A DNA stretch of 63,740 nt, counting the filler, from Phoronis australis (Eukaryota > Animalia > Phoronida), in assembly GCA_002633005.1 (NCBI GenBank). It is 7 parts of 7 records of this genome, joined end to end, with 100 filler letters (N's around TTAATTAATTAA, not from the genome) between each part and the next. Parts side by side here need not be neighbours in the genome. Positions count along the whole stretch, not along the records: positions 1 to 7,959 come from NMRA01000041.1; positions 8,060 to 31,581 come from NMRA01000088.1; 5 more parts are not named here. One strand, written 5' to 3'. Positions within the stretch are counted from its first letter, which is position 1. Each line of letters starts with the position of its first letter. The translations under genes and the position numbers were made by a program. The notes beneath the pieces were generated by a model, which made no database searches, was not told the origin of the DNA, and saw nothing but the letters and a program-made list of their open reading frames with translations. Positions 1 to 11,732 of this stretch are shown here, piece by piece.

Positions 1-1530
1 TAACTCAAAATCCTGGATCCGCCCCTGCTGTACGGGTTGAAACATATTCTTTCCAAAAAGAACAGGGGCCTAAATCCCTCAAGTTTGGGGCCCAATATCG
101 GCCCTATTCCCCTCTCAAAAATATTGAAATATCACGCGAAATTCCCTCCACCAGGCATAAAAATTCCCCTAGTGAAAAATCTCTCTGAGTTCACATCACC
201 TGTAACCACACAGGTGACAATTTTTAAGAGCACAAAAGGCTACTTTAAATTGAGACAGAGCCTATGAGAGCTTGCAACAGGGCGGGGGTGCTATTGATGG
301 TGATCGGGAGGTAGATTGTTCCCGCCCTCATTCGGCGAAAAAATCGCCTCTCAGTAGGCACTGGCACCTTTCCCCTCGGATGAACGAGGTTCCTGCAGAA
401 AAATGGTAACTATGATTGCATTGTCCAGTTAACTGACATTGAGTTCTAAAACGAGGTTATGTATTGGACGAACGAATAAGGTGTTTTAATTTTAAAATTC
501 AACTTGGGTCCAGATTGATATTTGAAATCTAACACATGAAATAGACGTAAGAATTATTACAACCATGAAAGCAGAATTGATGGTCAAATAATTTTTATTT
601 TCAATTACGAGCCTGGTTTATTATTTTAATAAAAAATATATTTAATAACATCTCCAATTATTCTTTTAGATCAATGACAAATCAACTGTTAGTCCCAGTG
701 AGTGCACTATAGGATCAGGATGTGCTTGATGTTAATATTCTTGATCAACAAATTAAACCAGATGTGACTAATTGCACATGACAGCCACCACTGTCGAATA
801 TGTCTGCAACTCGTCGAGCAGATGACCTGGACCGCGTAGAAAGTATTTTGATCAACAATTTACAAGAAAAAACGTAACCCTGCATTCAGCATAATACCTA
901 ATCCGTAACACGACTACGATCGCCGCAATTTGGTCATATTTACTTTTCATGTTTCGAACCTAGTTTTCCGAAAAAAATAAACCCTTTCGTCAGACAACTC
1001 TTTGGCGTCTTAACTTGTTCTCTAATGTAATTTTCTACTTCTCTGTGGTTAATTGTCGACATATCATTAAAATTCAGTATCCAGGTTGGACTCGAAAGAC
1101 CGGCTATTTAACTCACGCAATGTCTACTTTCCTTTTGTTTATCGCAGTGAGCCTCGCTTTGGATTTTAATGTCCGCCGCGTGAATAGAGTCTATGCACTA
1201 TAGTCTCTGACTAGATCGACTCGATAGCTTTTCTAATCTTGTCACGAAATATTTTGATGAAAAATTCAGNGCAATGTCTACTTTCGTTTTGTTTATCGCA
1301 GTGAGCCTCGCTTTGGATTTTAATGTCCGCCGCGTGAATAGAGTCTGTGACCAGTTTTTAGCCTGCTAATGAGGCTGAGGGAGTCTGTAAGTAGAATTTT
1401 TTTTTTAAAGTGATATATATTTATTGAAGAATACACAGAACACACAAAGAAATAACAACAAACCCAGAAACCCCGATGCATTATATCTGGGTTGTAAACA
1501 ATTCATAAATGAAACTAATTTACATATAGG

Positions 1531-2511
1531 CATAGGCGGATTTAGGGGGGGCCCAGGGGGCCCGCCCCCCCCCTTGGCTGCCGCAAAAATTAAAACAGTA
1601 AGAGCGTAGGGAAATGTTGAGTTTATTAATTAACCCCAGTAATTAAAATTATACGGATGAAAAAAGATTTAAATGTGTGCAGATTTAGTGTTGGGGGGGA
1701 GCTCAAATTTCAAGTGTTAAATTCTGAACACGGCGCATTCGTAACGGAACTATGGCTAAGTATAGGCTCTCCCGCGATATCCCAGGCGACCGGTAGTGGC
1801 GCTGCGCACTACGACTCCTTTTCCGTCGTCTGCTCCACTGTGCAATGAAGAAAATTTACTTCATTTTTTCATAGACAATGGAACCTGAGTGACGATGAAA
1901 AAACAGAAGCCGCTGGCAAGATGTGAATTTTAATCGAAGCCTTAGTGAATCACTCAGAAGCTCGCAATACTCTCTTTGTCAAACCTTATCTTAGGACGAT
2001 TTCCAAAGCAATCCCGTCATTATTGCCAACACGAAAAACGGATTTGGTCTTTTGGGCATTTGAAGACTATTTTAAATACGACACATTTGTTAAGAATTGA
2101 TGGCACAAATCTAAAACGTGTAATAAGCATTACAAAAAGAAGTAGGTTTCGCGCGCGCAAACGCTGTGGACCATAAACAAGTAGGTCTCTTAGTATGAGA
2201 TTAGTAGTTAAATTGTGGTGGTGTATTGGTAATGCACGCGCGCTCTAACCGCCAGGTCGTGAGTGCGAATCTTTGGAACTTGCAGTTTTTCCTGTTTGAC
2301 ACGTTCTTCGTTTTTTTTTTGCCTTTTTTTCTTGGATAATACTTCAGGAATCAAGGAAAATGCTTGATTTTTAGAGGTAAAAACAGAAAAATTTCCCGAC
2401 CTCCCCCCATTCGGTGCTATGCGCATCTACAATTGTGGTTCACTTTGCGCAAATGCTTACAGCCGGACAAAATGTTGCCCCCCCCCTAGTGATATCCTAG
2501 ATCCGCCACTG
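1531..2511. mobile_element. Non-autonomous DNA transposon (hAT-like termini)
   Basis: Termini CATAGGCGGATTTAGG and CCTAGATCCGCCACTG are imperfect inverted repeats. The same family occurs at 36403-36486 and 55401-55686, with a related end at about 10-27. No clear TSD. Confidence 0.6.
2216..2285 (+). other. tRNA-derived (SINE-head-like) degenerate sequence
   Basis: Box A-like TGGTGTATTGG (2219-2229) and box B-like GAGTGCGAATC (~2261-2271) at tRNA-like spacing. No convincing acceptor stem. Confidence 0.35.
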
Positions 2512-2885
2512 ATACGTATATACAATTAAGTAGTATCTAATATAAGTATTCCAATACTTAGATATGCGATTAAAAATATATAAAAACAAAAATATGTACA
2601 GATTCATGAATGGAAATCAGATGCAACAATATTGATAAACGGTACATAAAAAATTTACTAACGTTGAGTACACGAAAGAGTGAGTCTCTCAGGTATTCGA
2701 TGAAGGGACATTTGAAGAAAATATGAGGATTGATGGTCACCACATTTACAGTTTGGAGAGACATTACTAAAGTTGTGCCTGAACATGTCAGAGTTGAGGA
2801 AAATACCACATCTTGATCTGTACAATGCTATTTCGTTATCGCGGGGAAGGGGGAATTGAGTCAAGGGTGTTGAGTTATCAAAATT

Positions 2886-5800
2886 ATGAAAAACAGTTCT
2901 AAACTTATTTCTTATACTCGTAAAAGAGTTGCTTTCCTTAACAGAGACTGGAAGAGAATTCCAGTTGTTGATGCACATCACGACTGTAGTGACTTTGAAC
3001 TCGAAGGTTTCATTTTTCCTAGAGAGGGCATCACCAATGGCCTGGCGTACGCAATCAACAAACACAGCCACACCATGGCAGAGCTTGTGGATACTCACAG
3101 TTTCACTACCACTGACAGGCAACTACAGATTATAAGTGTCACTGATCCTGGTTTCTGCGACCCATTCACACTAGTCAATCTGTATATACGGGGAAACTCC
3201 TCCCCTAGTTGCGACCATTGGAATTTTCTTCACAATCTGCTTCACATCTATCCCGACATTCTCATTGTTGGTGACTTTAATGCTCGTCATTCCAGCTGGG
3301 ATGTCTACGGTGTGAACCCAAATGGTAAAGGTCTCGCCGAATGCCTTCCAGAACTAGATTTATATATTCTCAACTCTGGTGAACCCACTAGGATGGCTGA
3401 GAGACCGGGTGACAAGGACTCGTGCATTGACCTTGCTCTGTGCAGCGACAATCTTCGCGACCGTGCTAAGTGGCGCAGGAGTTGTCAAGCTGGAAGCGAT
3501 CACTACTTGTGTGAAGTTCAACTACACCACCAATTAAAGGCTCCAGTAACGACTTACAAACGGCCCTACAATAATACCGAAGGGGATAAAATCTGGAAAT
3601 CAGTGTGCAGACACGCCAAAAGCTTACATAAGCACGTATGCCACCACAGGAAGCAGAACCCCCCTACTTGGTGGAATAAAGATGTTGACACTGCCTGGGC
3701 CAACAAGCGCTCCAAAGAGCGGGATTTTGATCGTGCACGTCAAAACTGCACACCGGAAGAGTTCACGGTCGTCAGAACAGCCAGAAACAGGGCCACTGCC
3801 CTGTTCAAACGCTCAGCATCCGAGGCTGCCAATCGTCGATGGGATGAGCTTTGCAGCCGATCCAACTTGACAGCTACAGATTTCTGGCACTTCCATCGTA
3901 ACATGGACAAGAGACGTGCTCCCCCCAGATCCATCCTACTGAATGCAAGCAACACCATTCTCAGGAATGACAGGGAACAGGGTGAGGCTTTTCTCCTGCG
4001 TTTCATCCAGCAAAGTGACCACAGTGATGAATCTGAAAGAAACCTCCTCATCCAACAACTAGATGGACTTTGCAAGACAGCTGAACAGGACAGTCAATTC
4101 TCTGCAGCAGAGGTTGCGGAGGCTATCAAAACTTGCAAAGAGGGTGCCCCTGGCCCCGATGGCGTGAGAGTCCTGACACTCAAGTCTTTGCCTGACTTTC
4201 TGCTGGCCAAGCTTGTGAAGTCCTACAACGTCAGTTTGGCCACTGGAATCATCCCTCACATCTGGACAGATGCCTTCTTAATTCCTGTACCAAAACCTGG
4301 AAAAGACCATCGTGCACTCAAGGGATATCGCATCATAGTGATGCAGAACGTCATTGGAAAAATCCCTGAAAGGATCATGGCGCAAAGAATCACCAAGTTA
4401 ATTGAACCCTGGCTCCTCCCAGGAATGGGTGCTTATCGACCTGGTAGAGATTCATGGGCCAACGCAGCTTCTGTTGCGGATGAGATATGGCAAGGTTTTG
4501 AAAACAAAGAAAACACTCTCCTCGTTGGCCTTGATCTAGAAGATGCGTACAATTCTGTTCAACTTCCAAAACTTGCGGATGGCATGCTTCATCTCGGTAT
4601 TCCTGTACGATGCATTAGATGGGTGATGAGTGCCCTCAACAGCCGGCGATGCATGCTAAAACATCGTACATGGCGTTCAGAATGGGTATCTGTCAACACA
4701 GGCTTACCCCAAGGTTCACCTCTGTCCCCAGTGCTGTTCAATATCTACACCCTCCCACTCGCCAGACTGAACCGCGCTGACTGCCGACTTCGCACCTTTG
4801 CAGACGACATGCTGCTGTCATCGCAAGGACAAACACATCATGAGATTCTCCACAAAGCACAGTCTTCATTGATAAAAATATGCGAGTTTTGTGCTACCAG
4901 CGGAATGAGCTGCAATGGAGACAAATGTGAAGCTCTCTTCTGTACTCTGGACAATCGCCTCAGTGTTGATGATTTCCCTTGCCCTACCTACGATGGGAAG
5001 TTGATTGCTACATCTGACCACATGCGTCACTTGGGTGTAGAACTTGACCGCAGGCTCAACTTCACAACTCAAGTTAACAGTATGATCAGCCGTGCCAACA
5101 GAGGAATCAATGCCCTTAGGGCTGCGGCTGGTCGGAAGGCGGAGGAAAGGCACCTCGTCATGCTTTATAAAGCCCTGGTCACTTCGATCTTCGACTACGC
5201 TCTCCCCATGATCAACATCAGTAAAAATCAAATCAACAGACTTGAGAGGCTCCAGAACATTGGTCTTCGCGTCATCACTGGATGTACGAGAACTACGTCA
5301 GTCACAGCATTACGTTACCTTGTCGGTATTCCCAGCATTGCAGACAGACAATCCCTTCTACAAGGTATTACTGTAGCCAAGGCTGTTCAAAGCCCCTTCC
5401 ATCCATTACACAGTCAAGTGAAGACTGCACTTGACAGGTGCGTGAACTCCGTCCCTGCAACAGAAACTTATGGACTTCGTCCTAGACCTTTTCGCAATGC
5501 CTCCCACCAAAGACTTAGCAGGTGCTCGTGGACTGTCGCTGCTGTTAACGCAACCATGGGTCTCATCGGCGAACACATGATCGCGCAAGTTGCTGCTTGG
5601 CTGCCAGTACAAGAACTTGGTGAGGAACCGAATGTCATCATTGCTTTCAACAGGGAAGCTCGGGAATGGCCTCCTGGAGTAGCCCAAGCATTGTGCCGTC
5701 AGCAATGGCGTGATCTTGGCGGTATTAATGCCATCATTGTAGCAACTGATGGATCCTTCGATGGTGAAACTAATCGTGCGGGATGGGGCTATCAAATACG

Positions 5801-6392
5801 CTGTGCTAACAACGTCATTGCGGAAGGTAGTGGCTGCCACCATATATCCACAAGCAGTACGCGGATGGAGTTTGAGGCTATACAACGAGCCCTAACCAAG
5901 CTGTCACTCCTAGACCTGGAGAATCACACCATTATCTTTGCCACCGATTCCATGGCAGTGTTGATGAAAGTTCAATCTGGAAACCTCCCAGCCAACTGGG
6001 GTGTCTTCCGATCACGCCACCCTCATCATGTGGTGATCTGGTCTTTCGTACCTGGCCACGCCGGTGTCTTGATTAATGAGCGTGCAGATTACCTCGCTGG
6101 CTCATGCACCACCAACCAACCCCTCTACTTATATTCGGCTGACGTTAAGCTGCTGGCTCGCAAACGCAACCTCGAGCAGACTGCATCCCAGCTGGCTGAG
6201 TTCAATGTTGGCAGCCACCTGCTCGAAGCCTGTATTATTTATGGCCATGCTGCGAAGCGTCACAAGAAGAGCCGTGCCCGAGTGCTGTCTAATCAAATGC
6301 TTACAGGCAACGTCAGCCCTGGAGTTCTGCGCCTTCTGCTGTCACGGGGATGGTCTGGGGAGGGGATTAATGCACCAGCATATCCCCAATGA
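2886..6392 (+). CDS. LINE ORF2 polyprotein: AP endonuclease (N-terminally truncated), reverse transcriptase, RNase H
   Basis: APE motifs VGDFNARH, CIDLALCS, SDH. RT motifs PGPDG, DLEDAYNSV, GLPQGSPLSP, FADD, HLGV. RNase H motifs ATDGS, TRMEFEAI, TDS, VPGHAG..NERAD. The first ~35 codons (2886-2989) are antisense host sequence, not element. Confidence 0.93.
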   Translation: MKNSSKLISYTRKRVAFLNRDWKRIPVVDAHHDCSDFELEGFIFPREGITNGLAYAINKHSHTMAELVDTHSFTTTDRQLQIISVTDPGFCDPFTLVNLYIRGNSSPSCDHWNFLHNLLHIYPDILIVGDFNARHSSWDVYGVNPNGKGLAECLPELDLYILNSGEPTRMAERPGDKDSCIDLALCSDNLRDRAKWRRSCQAGSDHYLCEVQLHHQLKAPVTTYKRPYNNTEGDKIWKSVCRHAKSLHKHVCHHRKQNPPTWWNKDVDTAWANKRSKERDFDRARQNCTPEEFTVVRTARNRATALFKRSASEAANRRWDELCSRSNLTATDFWHFHRNMDKRRAPPRSILLNASNTILRNDREQGEAFLLRFIQQSDHSDESERNLLIQQLDGLCKTAEQDSQFSAAEVAEAIKTCKEGAPGPDGVRVLTLKSLPDFLLAKLVKSYNVSLATGIIPHIWTDAFLIPVPKPGKDHRALKGYRIIVMQNVIGKIPERIMAQRITKLIEPWLLPGMGAYRPGRDSWANAASVADEIWQGFENKENTLLVGLDLEDAYNSVQLPKLADGMLHLGIPVRCIRWVMSALNSRRCMLKHRTWRSEWVSVNTGLPQGSPLSPVLFNIYTLPLARLNRADCRLRTFADDMLLSSQGQTHHEILHKAQSSLIKICEFCATSGMSCNGDKCEALFCTLDNRLSVDDFPCPTYDGKLIATSDHMRHLGVELDRRLNFTTQVNSMISRANRGINALRAAAGRKAEERHLVMLYKALVTSIFDYALPMINISKNQINRLERLQNIGLRVITGCTRTTSVTALRYLVGIPSIADRQSLLQGITVAKAVQSPFHPLHSQVKTALDRCVNSVPATETYGLRPRPFRNASHQRLSRCSWTVAAVNATMGLIGEHMIAQVAAWLPVQELGEEPNVIIAFNREAREWPPGVAQALCRQQWRDLGGINAIIVATDGSFDGETNRAGWGYQIRCANNVIAEGSGCHHISTSSTRMEFEAIQRALTKLSLLDLENHTIIFATDSMAVLMKVQSGNLPANWGVFRSRHPHHVVIWSFVPGHAGVLINERADYLAGSCTTNQPLYLYSADVKLLARKRNLEQTASQLAEFNVGSHLLEACIIYGHAAKRHKKSRARVLSNQMLTGNVSPGVLRLLLSRGWSGEGINAPAYPQ

Positions 6393-6421
6393 TCCTGTCC
6401 GTGACAGGTATTACAGGTATT
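2990..6421 (+). mobile_element. I-group (Ingi/Nimb/I-like) non-LTR retrotransposon, 5'-truncated
   Basis: Flanked by the direct repeat ACGACTGTAG at 2980-2989 and 6422-6431 (TSD). The 3' end is (ACAGGTATT)x2 directly before the TSD. It contains one uninterrupted APE-RT-RNase H frame. Confidence 0.92.
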
Positions 6422-7959
6422 ACGACTGTAGACCTTCTGAATGCCTGCCTGAACGACGGAGGAATTGCATATGGGATGGAGGATCTCAAATCACTACGAT
6501 GGCCTTGTCCAGTGTATAGATCAAATATGTTTTTTACTGAAACGTTGTTGACATTGTTTATTACCTTGAAAATAAATGTGGTCATGTGAAGATTGCGTCG
6601 CGTAGACAGTTTGGGCCACTTGAGATTATTCAAAACCTTAACACTATTGGTTCCCCTCTAAGCTCCGGTTATGAGTAACGCAGCTTGATATTGTAACTTC
6701 TCCAAATGTTGGAGTGCACCTGTATTGGCAGACTGATACATAATATCACAATAATCAATGTGTGGAAGTATAAAGGATTTGAACAAAACTTCTAAATGTG
6801 TAGAATTCAGATGACGAGAGACAAGCTTAAGTGGATTAATTAGTTCCTGAGTTTTTTGTACGAGCTCCCGAACGTGAGGGGTGAATGAGAGCTTTTCATC
6901 TAACAGCATACCCAGATGTCTGTGCGACTGTTTTCTAGGAATGATTGCATCATTAAGTTTAAGGTCATAAGACGGGTCAACAAGGAAGAGAGCATTAATA
7001 GATTTGGAGAAGGTGAGGTCAACGCTTTTTTCTGGTTTAAAATTCATTCTCCATTCTTGTGACCAATAGCTGAGTTTATTTAAGTCGCGTTGAAGCTGCA
7101 AAGAACATTCAGGGCTGCTCCCTGCGATCAAGGGGTAAAAAAGCGCCGTGTCATCTGCATAAAGGCATGTGCTACATGACAGGTTATCAGGAAGGTCATT
7201 AATATAAACCAAGAAGAGAATAGGGCCCAATACGCTACCCTGCGGTACACCTGCGTTTACAAATCCAGGAGGGGATAAAGTTGAAAGTACGCCGTCGACA
7301 CGATGTTCTTTCGGAGAGATATGAGGTGATCATGTTTAAAAGATTACCAGTAATGCCATAGGATCGAAGTTTGTGAAGTAGAAGGTCGTGAGGGACACAG
7401 TCGAAAGCAGAAGCTATATCTAGAAAAATGGACCTCTCGCCCTTCTCAAAATGTAAATGAATCTCATGCACTATTTCAGTCAACAAGTTGTGCCACGGTG
7501 CTGTTCCCACGCAAAAAAAAAACAAATTGACGATGATAGATAAAGTTGTTTTGTTTGAGAAATGTAAGAATACTTTGAGCAATGACCATCTCGAAGATTT
7601 TGGACAGGGTGTTAAGTAAAGTTATTGGGCGATAATTTGAAATTTCAGCTTTGGAGCCTTTTTTGTGTATAGGGACCATAATTCCATGTTTCCAAGAAGA
7701 CGGATTTGTACCTAACTGAAGAAGTTTTATCTAGTTAGACATGACTCTGAAAGTGATAAAAATCGAAAAAAAAAAAGTTTTTTTTTGTAGTTCGTTTTTT
7801 TTTTTAAATCGTTTTTTTAATTTTCAAAAAATCCAATTTTACCTCGAATTTTTTTCAAAATGCACAGGGATCATCATCAACTGTTTCCTTACGCAATATT
7901 CTACTTATCCATACCAAATATATGTACAAAATCATCATGATCTTGATTTTGTGGCATTT

Positions 7960-8059
7960 NNNNNNNNNNNNNNNNNNNNNNNNNNNNNNNNNNNNNNNNN
8001 NNNTTAATTAATTAANNNNNNNNNNNNNNNNNNNNNNNNNNNNNNNNNNNNNNNNNNNN
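7960..8059. other. Artificial scaffolding spacer (also 31582-31681, 36006-36105, 39291-39390, 57647-57746, 60199-60298)
   Basis: Each is N44-TTAATTAATTAA-N44, a six-frame-stop linker. Confidence 0.97.
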
Positions 8060-8818
8060 TTATCATGCCATTTCTTTGAAGTTGGTGTCATGATAATTCG
8101 TTCATGATTATGGGCCAGTTCAGGAGCTTATTTGGAGGCAGTTCAACTTGTTTGTTTACAGAGATGGCATAAGGACAGATAACTAGGTTGGTATTCAACA
8201 TGTTTGCCAAGTGAGGCTTTTCAAATGCGCAAAATTTCCCGTTTTCTCCAGCTCGGTCTCCACTGACCAACTGAAAAGCAGCTATTTGACAGATGTAGGT
8301 TTCACTCTAACCACGCCGGTTCCATGCAAGCAAAAAACCTATCACGGGTTCATTTCAAACATTTAAACTGAGCAACTATTAAAATCACAAAAACACATTA
8401 AAGATTTTCAAAAACAAAACACCACTAGAAAACATTTTTCGACATTTTCCTTAGTTATATTGTCCGGGGTTTGGACAAGCTGACAAAGTTAGGACTGAAT
8501 TCCTGGAAATCAGGGGCTGGGCCCTTATTTAAATAAAAAGTTTCAAGAAATTAGGGTTGTATGGGCATACAGTAACCTGAAGCAGCCGCCCTGGCCACCG
8601 ATGACTTTTTTCTGAGAGACGATATGTTCCAAAATGGCCAAATTTGTCCATTTTTTCGGGGGTCCAACATATAACGCAACCTTAGAGCCCCAAAGTTTAA
8701 GAGCGAATGATGACTGTGTAATTTTTTAATTTACTGAAATTTCGCCTTTTTCACAGTATTTTTTAAACACATTTATAGATCAATGATAAAACGCACATCT
8801 CTTCATAACATGTTTGTA

Positions 8819-8911
8819 TTATCATCTCTGACAAGCTTCTCACAGATGTGGATCAGCAAACAGGAGTATGATGAGAGTGGACCTGGCATTGTGCACAGGA
8901 AGTGTTTCTGA
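8819..8911 (+). pseudogene. 3' remnant of a third divergent actin paralog (copy 0), truncated last exon
   Basis: Translates [30 protein letters not shown]. Downstream flank 8912-9830 is homologous to the copy A flank 21338-22250. Homology stops abruptly mid-exon at about 8818. Confidence 0.85.
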
Positions 8912-9960
8912 TTGGACCATTTGAGCACTGGAAGAGCACCTGATTGGCAGACTTGAACTTAAGAAATGCTTTGACAGTTTGCATGTTGTTGATTAGCCTG
9001 CTTTGCCAACAGTTACTTTTACATTTGAAGAAAGTAGCTTGTGGGTCATGGTCCCAGTTCTTAAAACTGACGAAGGTCTTATTGGCAGATTTGAACACAT
9101 TAAGTGCTTTGACTTTCCAATCTACTCACAACAAATGTCTGTGCCGGATTAGCAGATTCGAGAACATGAAGTTCTAATTGACGACTGACTTGAGCAAGAC
9201 TTGGATACCATCGTCAACAAAAATGATGGTAAATGCTTTCACAGTAAACATATTTTGAAGACTTTGCAGTCCTCTAGACCACAACATACCAATATCAATG
9301 CCTTGTCCTCACCAATTGTAACTAAGAAAATATGACACGATGTTCAAGTTCTAGATGTATTTAGAAATCTAAAAATCAATTGAGCAAGTTATTGTAGTGT
9401 TAGAAGATGGTATTTGTGTTGCCAAGCAACCATGTGCGATGCTACGGGTTAGCGAAAATACTCATCCCTGGTTATCTTGGAAATGCATTTTTTGTTCATT
9501 GTTGTTCCCCTGGTGTGTATTTACCATCCACAGAACATTAGAAAGTGATGCGAAGGACCTAGCATTATAGCCTGCATCTTGGTTGTGCATTCAGTTCTAT
9601 TTAGGAAACGCAATATCCTACTCCGTATAGGACAGTCTGTGTAGGTCATTCGTGTTTGCTCAATGGAAGTGAACAGAACCAAACTGTTGGCTCTTTGCTG
9701 AGACTATTACGGCACTTCCTATTGTCCCTAGCATAGTAAATAAACACCAGAGGAACAGCAATTAACAAAAAAGTATTTCCTAAGTAACTAGAGATTTCTA
9801 TTTTTGCTAAATGTAACACCAAAGATGCTAGCGACTCCCGTCCCGGTCAGAAGGAGTTAAACGACACCTTCCTCCTCACGTTACAGAAACAAATATTCGG
9901 AAGCAAGCCAATGAGGCTGATGGTTTGTGAAGGATTTATTTAATTTCATGAAACAATATA

Positions 9961-11332
9961 CCGTAATCGTTCGGGTTAACGCCCTGGGCGGTTAAATTGG
10001 CGAACCCAAAAAATCGGGGGTGGGCGGTTAACCAGACATGGGCGCTTAAACGTGAAATTTCAAGAAATCGGGGGGGGCGGTTAACTGAACATGGGCGCTT
10101 ATTACGACCGGCAACCGCCCTGGGCGGTTAATCTTACCTCATGATCTGAGTCACCACACGTACTAAGCCACATACTGGGATCGCCTAACACTTTGAAAAG
10201 AACTTTATCGCCACCAAGTGCGTACTCTGCGCACTCTAATTAACAAATAGTTTCGAAAATGTAGAGTGTGGTCAAACTCCNNNNNNNNNNNNNNNNNNNN
10301 NNNNNNNNNNNNNNNNNNNNNNNNNNNNNNNNNNNNNNNNNNNNNNNNNNNNNNNNNNNNNNNNNNNNNNNNNNNNNNNNNNNNNNNNNNNNNNNNNNNN
10401 NNNNNNNNNNNNNNNNNNNNNNNNNNNNNNNNNNNNNNNNNNNNNNNNNNNNNNNNNNNNNNNNNNNNNNNNNNNNNNNNNNNNNNNNNNNNNNNNNNNN
10501 NNNNNNNNNNNNNNNNNNNNNNNNNNNNNNNNNNNNNNNNNNNNNNNNNNNNNNNNNNNNNNNNNNNNNNNNNNNNNNNNNNNNNNNNNNNNNNNNNNNN
10601 NNNNNNNNNNNNNNNNNNNNNNNNNNNNNNNNNNNNNNNNNNNNNNNNNNNNNNNNNNNNNNNNNNNNNNNNNNNNNNNNNNNNNNNNNNNNNNNNNNNN
10701 NNNNNNNNNNNNNNNNNNNNNNNNNNNNNNNNNNNNNNNNNNNNNNNNNNNNNNNNNNNNNNNNNNNNNNNNNNNNNNNNNNNNNNNNNNNNNNNNNNNN
10801 NNNNNNNNNNNNNNNNNNNNNNNNNNNNNNNNNNNNNNNNNNNNNNNNNNNNNNNNNNNNNNNNNNNNNNNNNNNNNNNNNNNNNNNNNNNNNNNNNNNN
10901 NNNNNNNNNNNNNNNNNGAGGTGTAGACGCCAGCGCGGTTCCTAAAGTTTGCGAACATGAGAAGAAAAGAAAGTGACAAAGTGTTCAAGTATTACATTTT
11001 GAAGTTAATCGATGACCCGTTACAATAATTTGTTACTGGTATCATAATTCACATTGCTAAACCGCGGTCTCTGAGGCCGTCGTTGCACTCAATGTTATCA
11101 TCGATCTTAATCTAAAAGGTCGGGGATTCGCGTTTCCTATTAGCACAGGGCGGTAATCACCAATCGTCAAAAGTAGGGGATGGGCGGTTAACCGAGCAGT
11201 GGGCGGTTAATTGGAAATCTTCAAAAATAGCAGGGGGGCGGTTAACCGAGCAGTGGGCGGTTAAATCGAAATTCACCTAAAGTAGGGGGTGGGCGGTTAA
11301 CTGAGCATGGGCGTTAACCCGAACGATTACGG
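9961..11332. mobile_element. Tc1/mariner-pogo-like non-autonomous element with TA TSD
   Basis: TA|CCGTAATCGTTCGGGTTAACGCCC ... GGGCGTTAACCCGAACGATTACGG|TA: perfect 24-bp TIR with GGGCGGTTAA subterminal repeats. Internal N gap at 10281-10917. Confidence 0.85.
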
Positions 11333-11587
11333 TATATATTTCAGTCAATGCATAGAAGTGCATTCCAGGTGAATTAGCTATAAAACTCTATCAGTTAATA
11401 AGGTTTGAGCTGTGACATGTATTTATTTGTATTTCAAACATATTTGTTATAAACTTTGTATTTCAAACATATTTGTTATTAACTCTGTATAAGAACATTA
11501 AATTCAGTTAAATAAACAAAGAAAATCCAGATTGTTCTTTTTCCATTTCTCGTTGACACGATGGAACTGGCAAAGCCAATCAAGTGC

Positions 11588-11732
11588 AGCCTTTCAAAAC
11601 ATGAGAATTGTATCGTAGCCCTTCAAAACATGAGAATCGTATCGTAGCCTTTCAAAACATGAGAATCGTATCGTAGCCCTTTAAAACATGAGAATCGTAT
11701 CGTAGCCTTTCAAAACATGAGAATCGTATCGT
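11588..11732. repeat. 29-bp minisatellite x5
   Basis: Unit AGCCTTTCAAAACATGAGAATCGTATCGT, five head-to-tail copies. Confidence 0.95.

Larger units (their letters stand above)
2570..7720 (-). mobile_element. Decayed CR1/L2-group LINE (RT plus C-terminal region), split by the I-group insertion
   Basis: Minus-strand frames give VPIHKKG..NYRPITLL, FLDIASAFDCVPH, GPILFLVYINDLP, LYADDT, LGMLLD..L.F..H and WNSLP, with frameshifts and stops. Removing the insert and one TSD restores the frame AFRRSTVVMCINNWNSLP. Confidence 0.88.

Noticed and set aside
1116-1347. Direct repeats flanking single Ns (also at 44964, 46436, 46951)
   Set aside because: Same signature of contig-end overlap. Assembly artefacts.
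3740-5885. Antisense ORFs within the LINE
   Set aside because: Shadow frames of a long coding sequence, with no motifs.
10266-10988. Long ORFs of 225-238 aa in the ORF track
   Set aside because: They consist of N-gap translation.
11588-11732. 29-bp repeats as a CRISPR array (also 59791-59959)
   Set aside because: Head-to-tail with no spacers, eukaryotic context and no cas genes.
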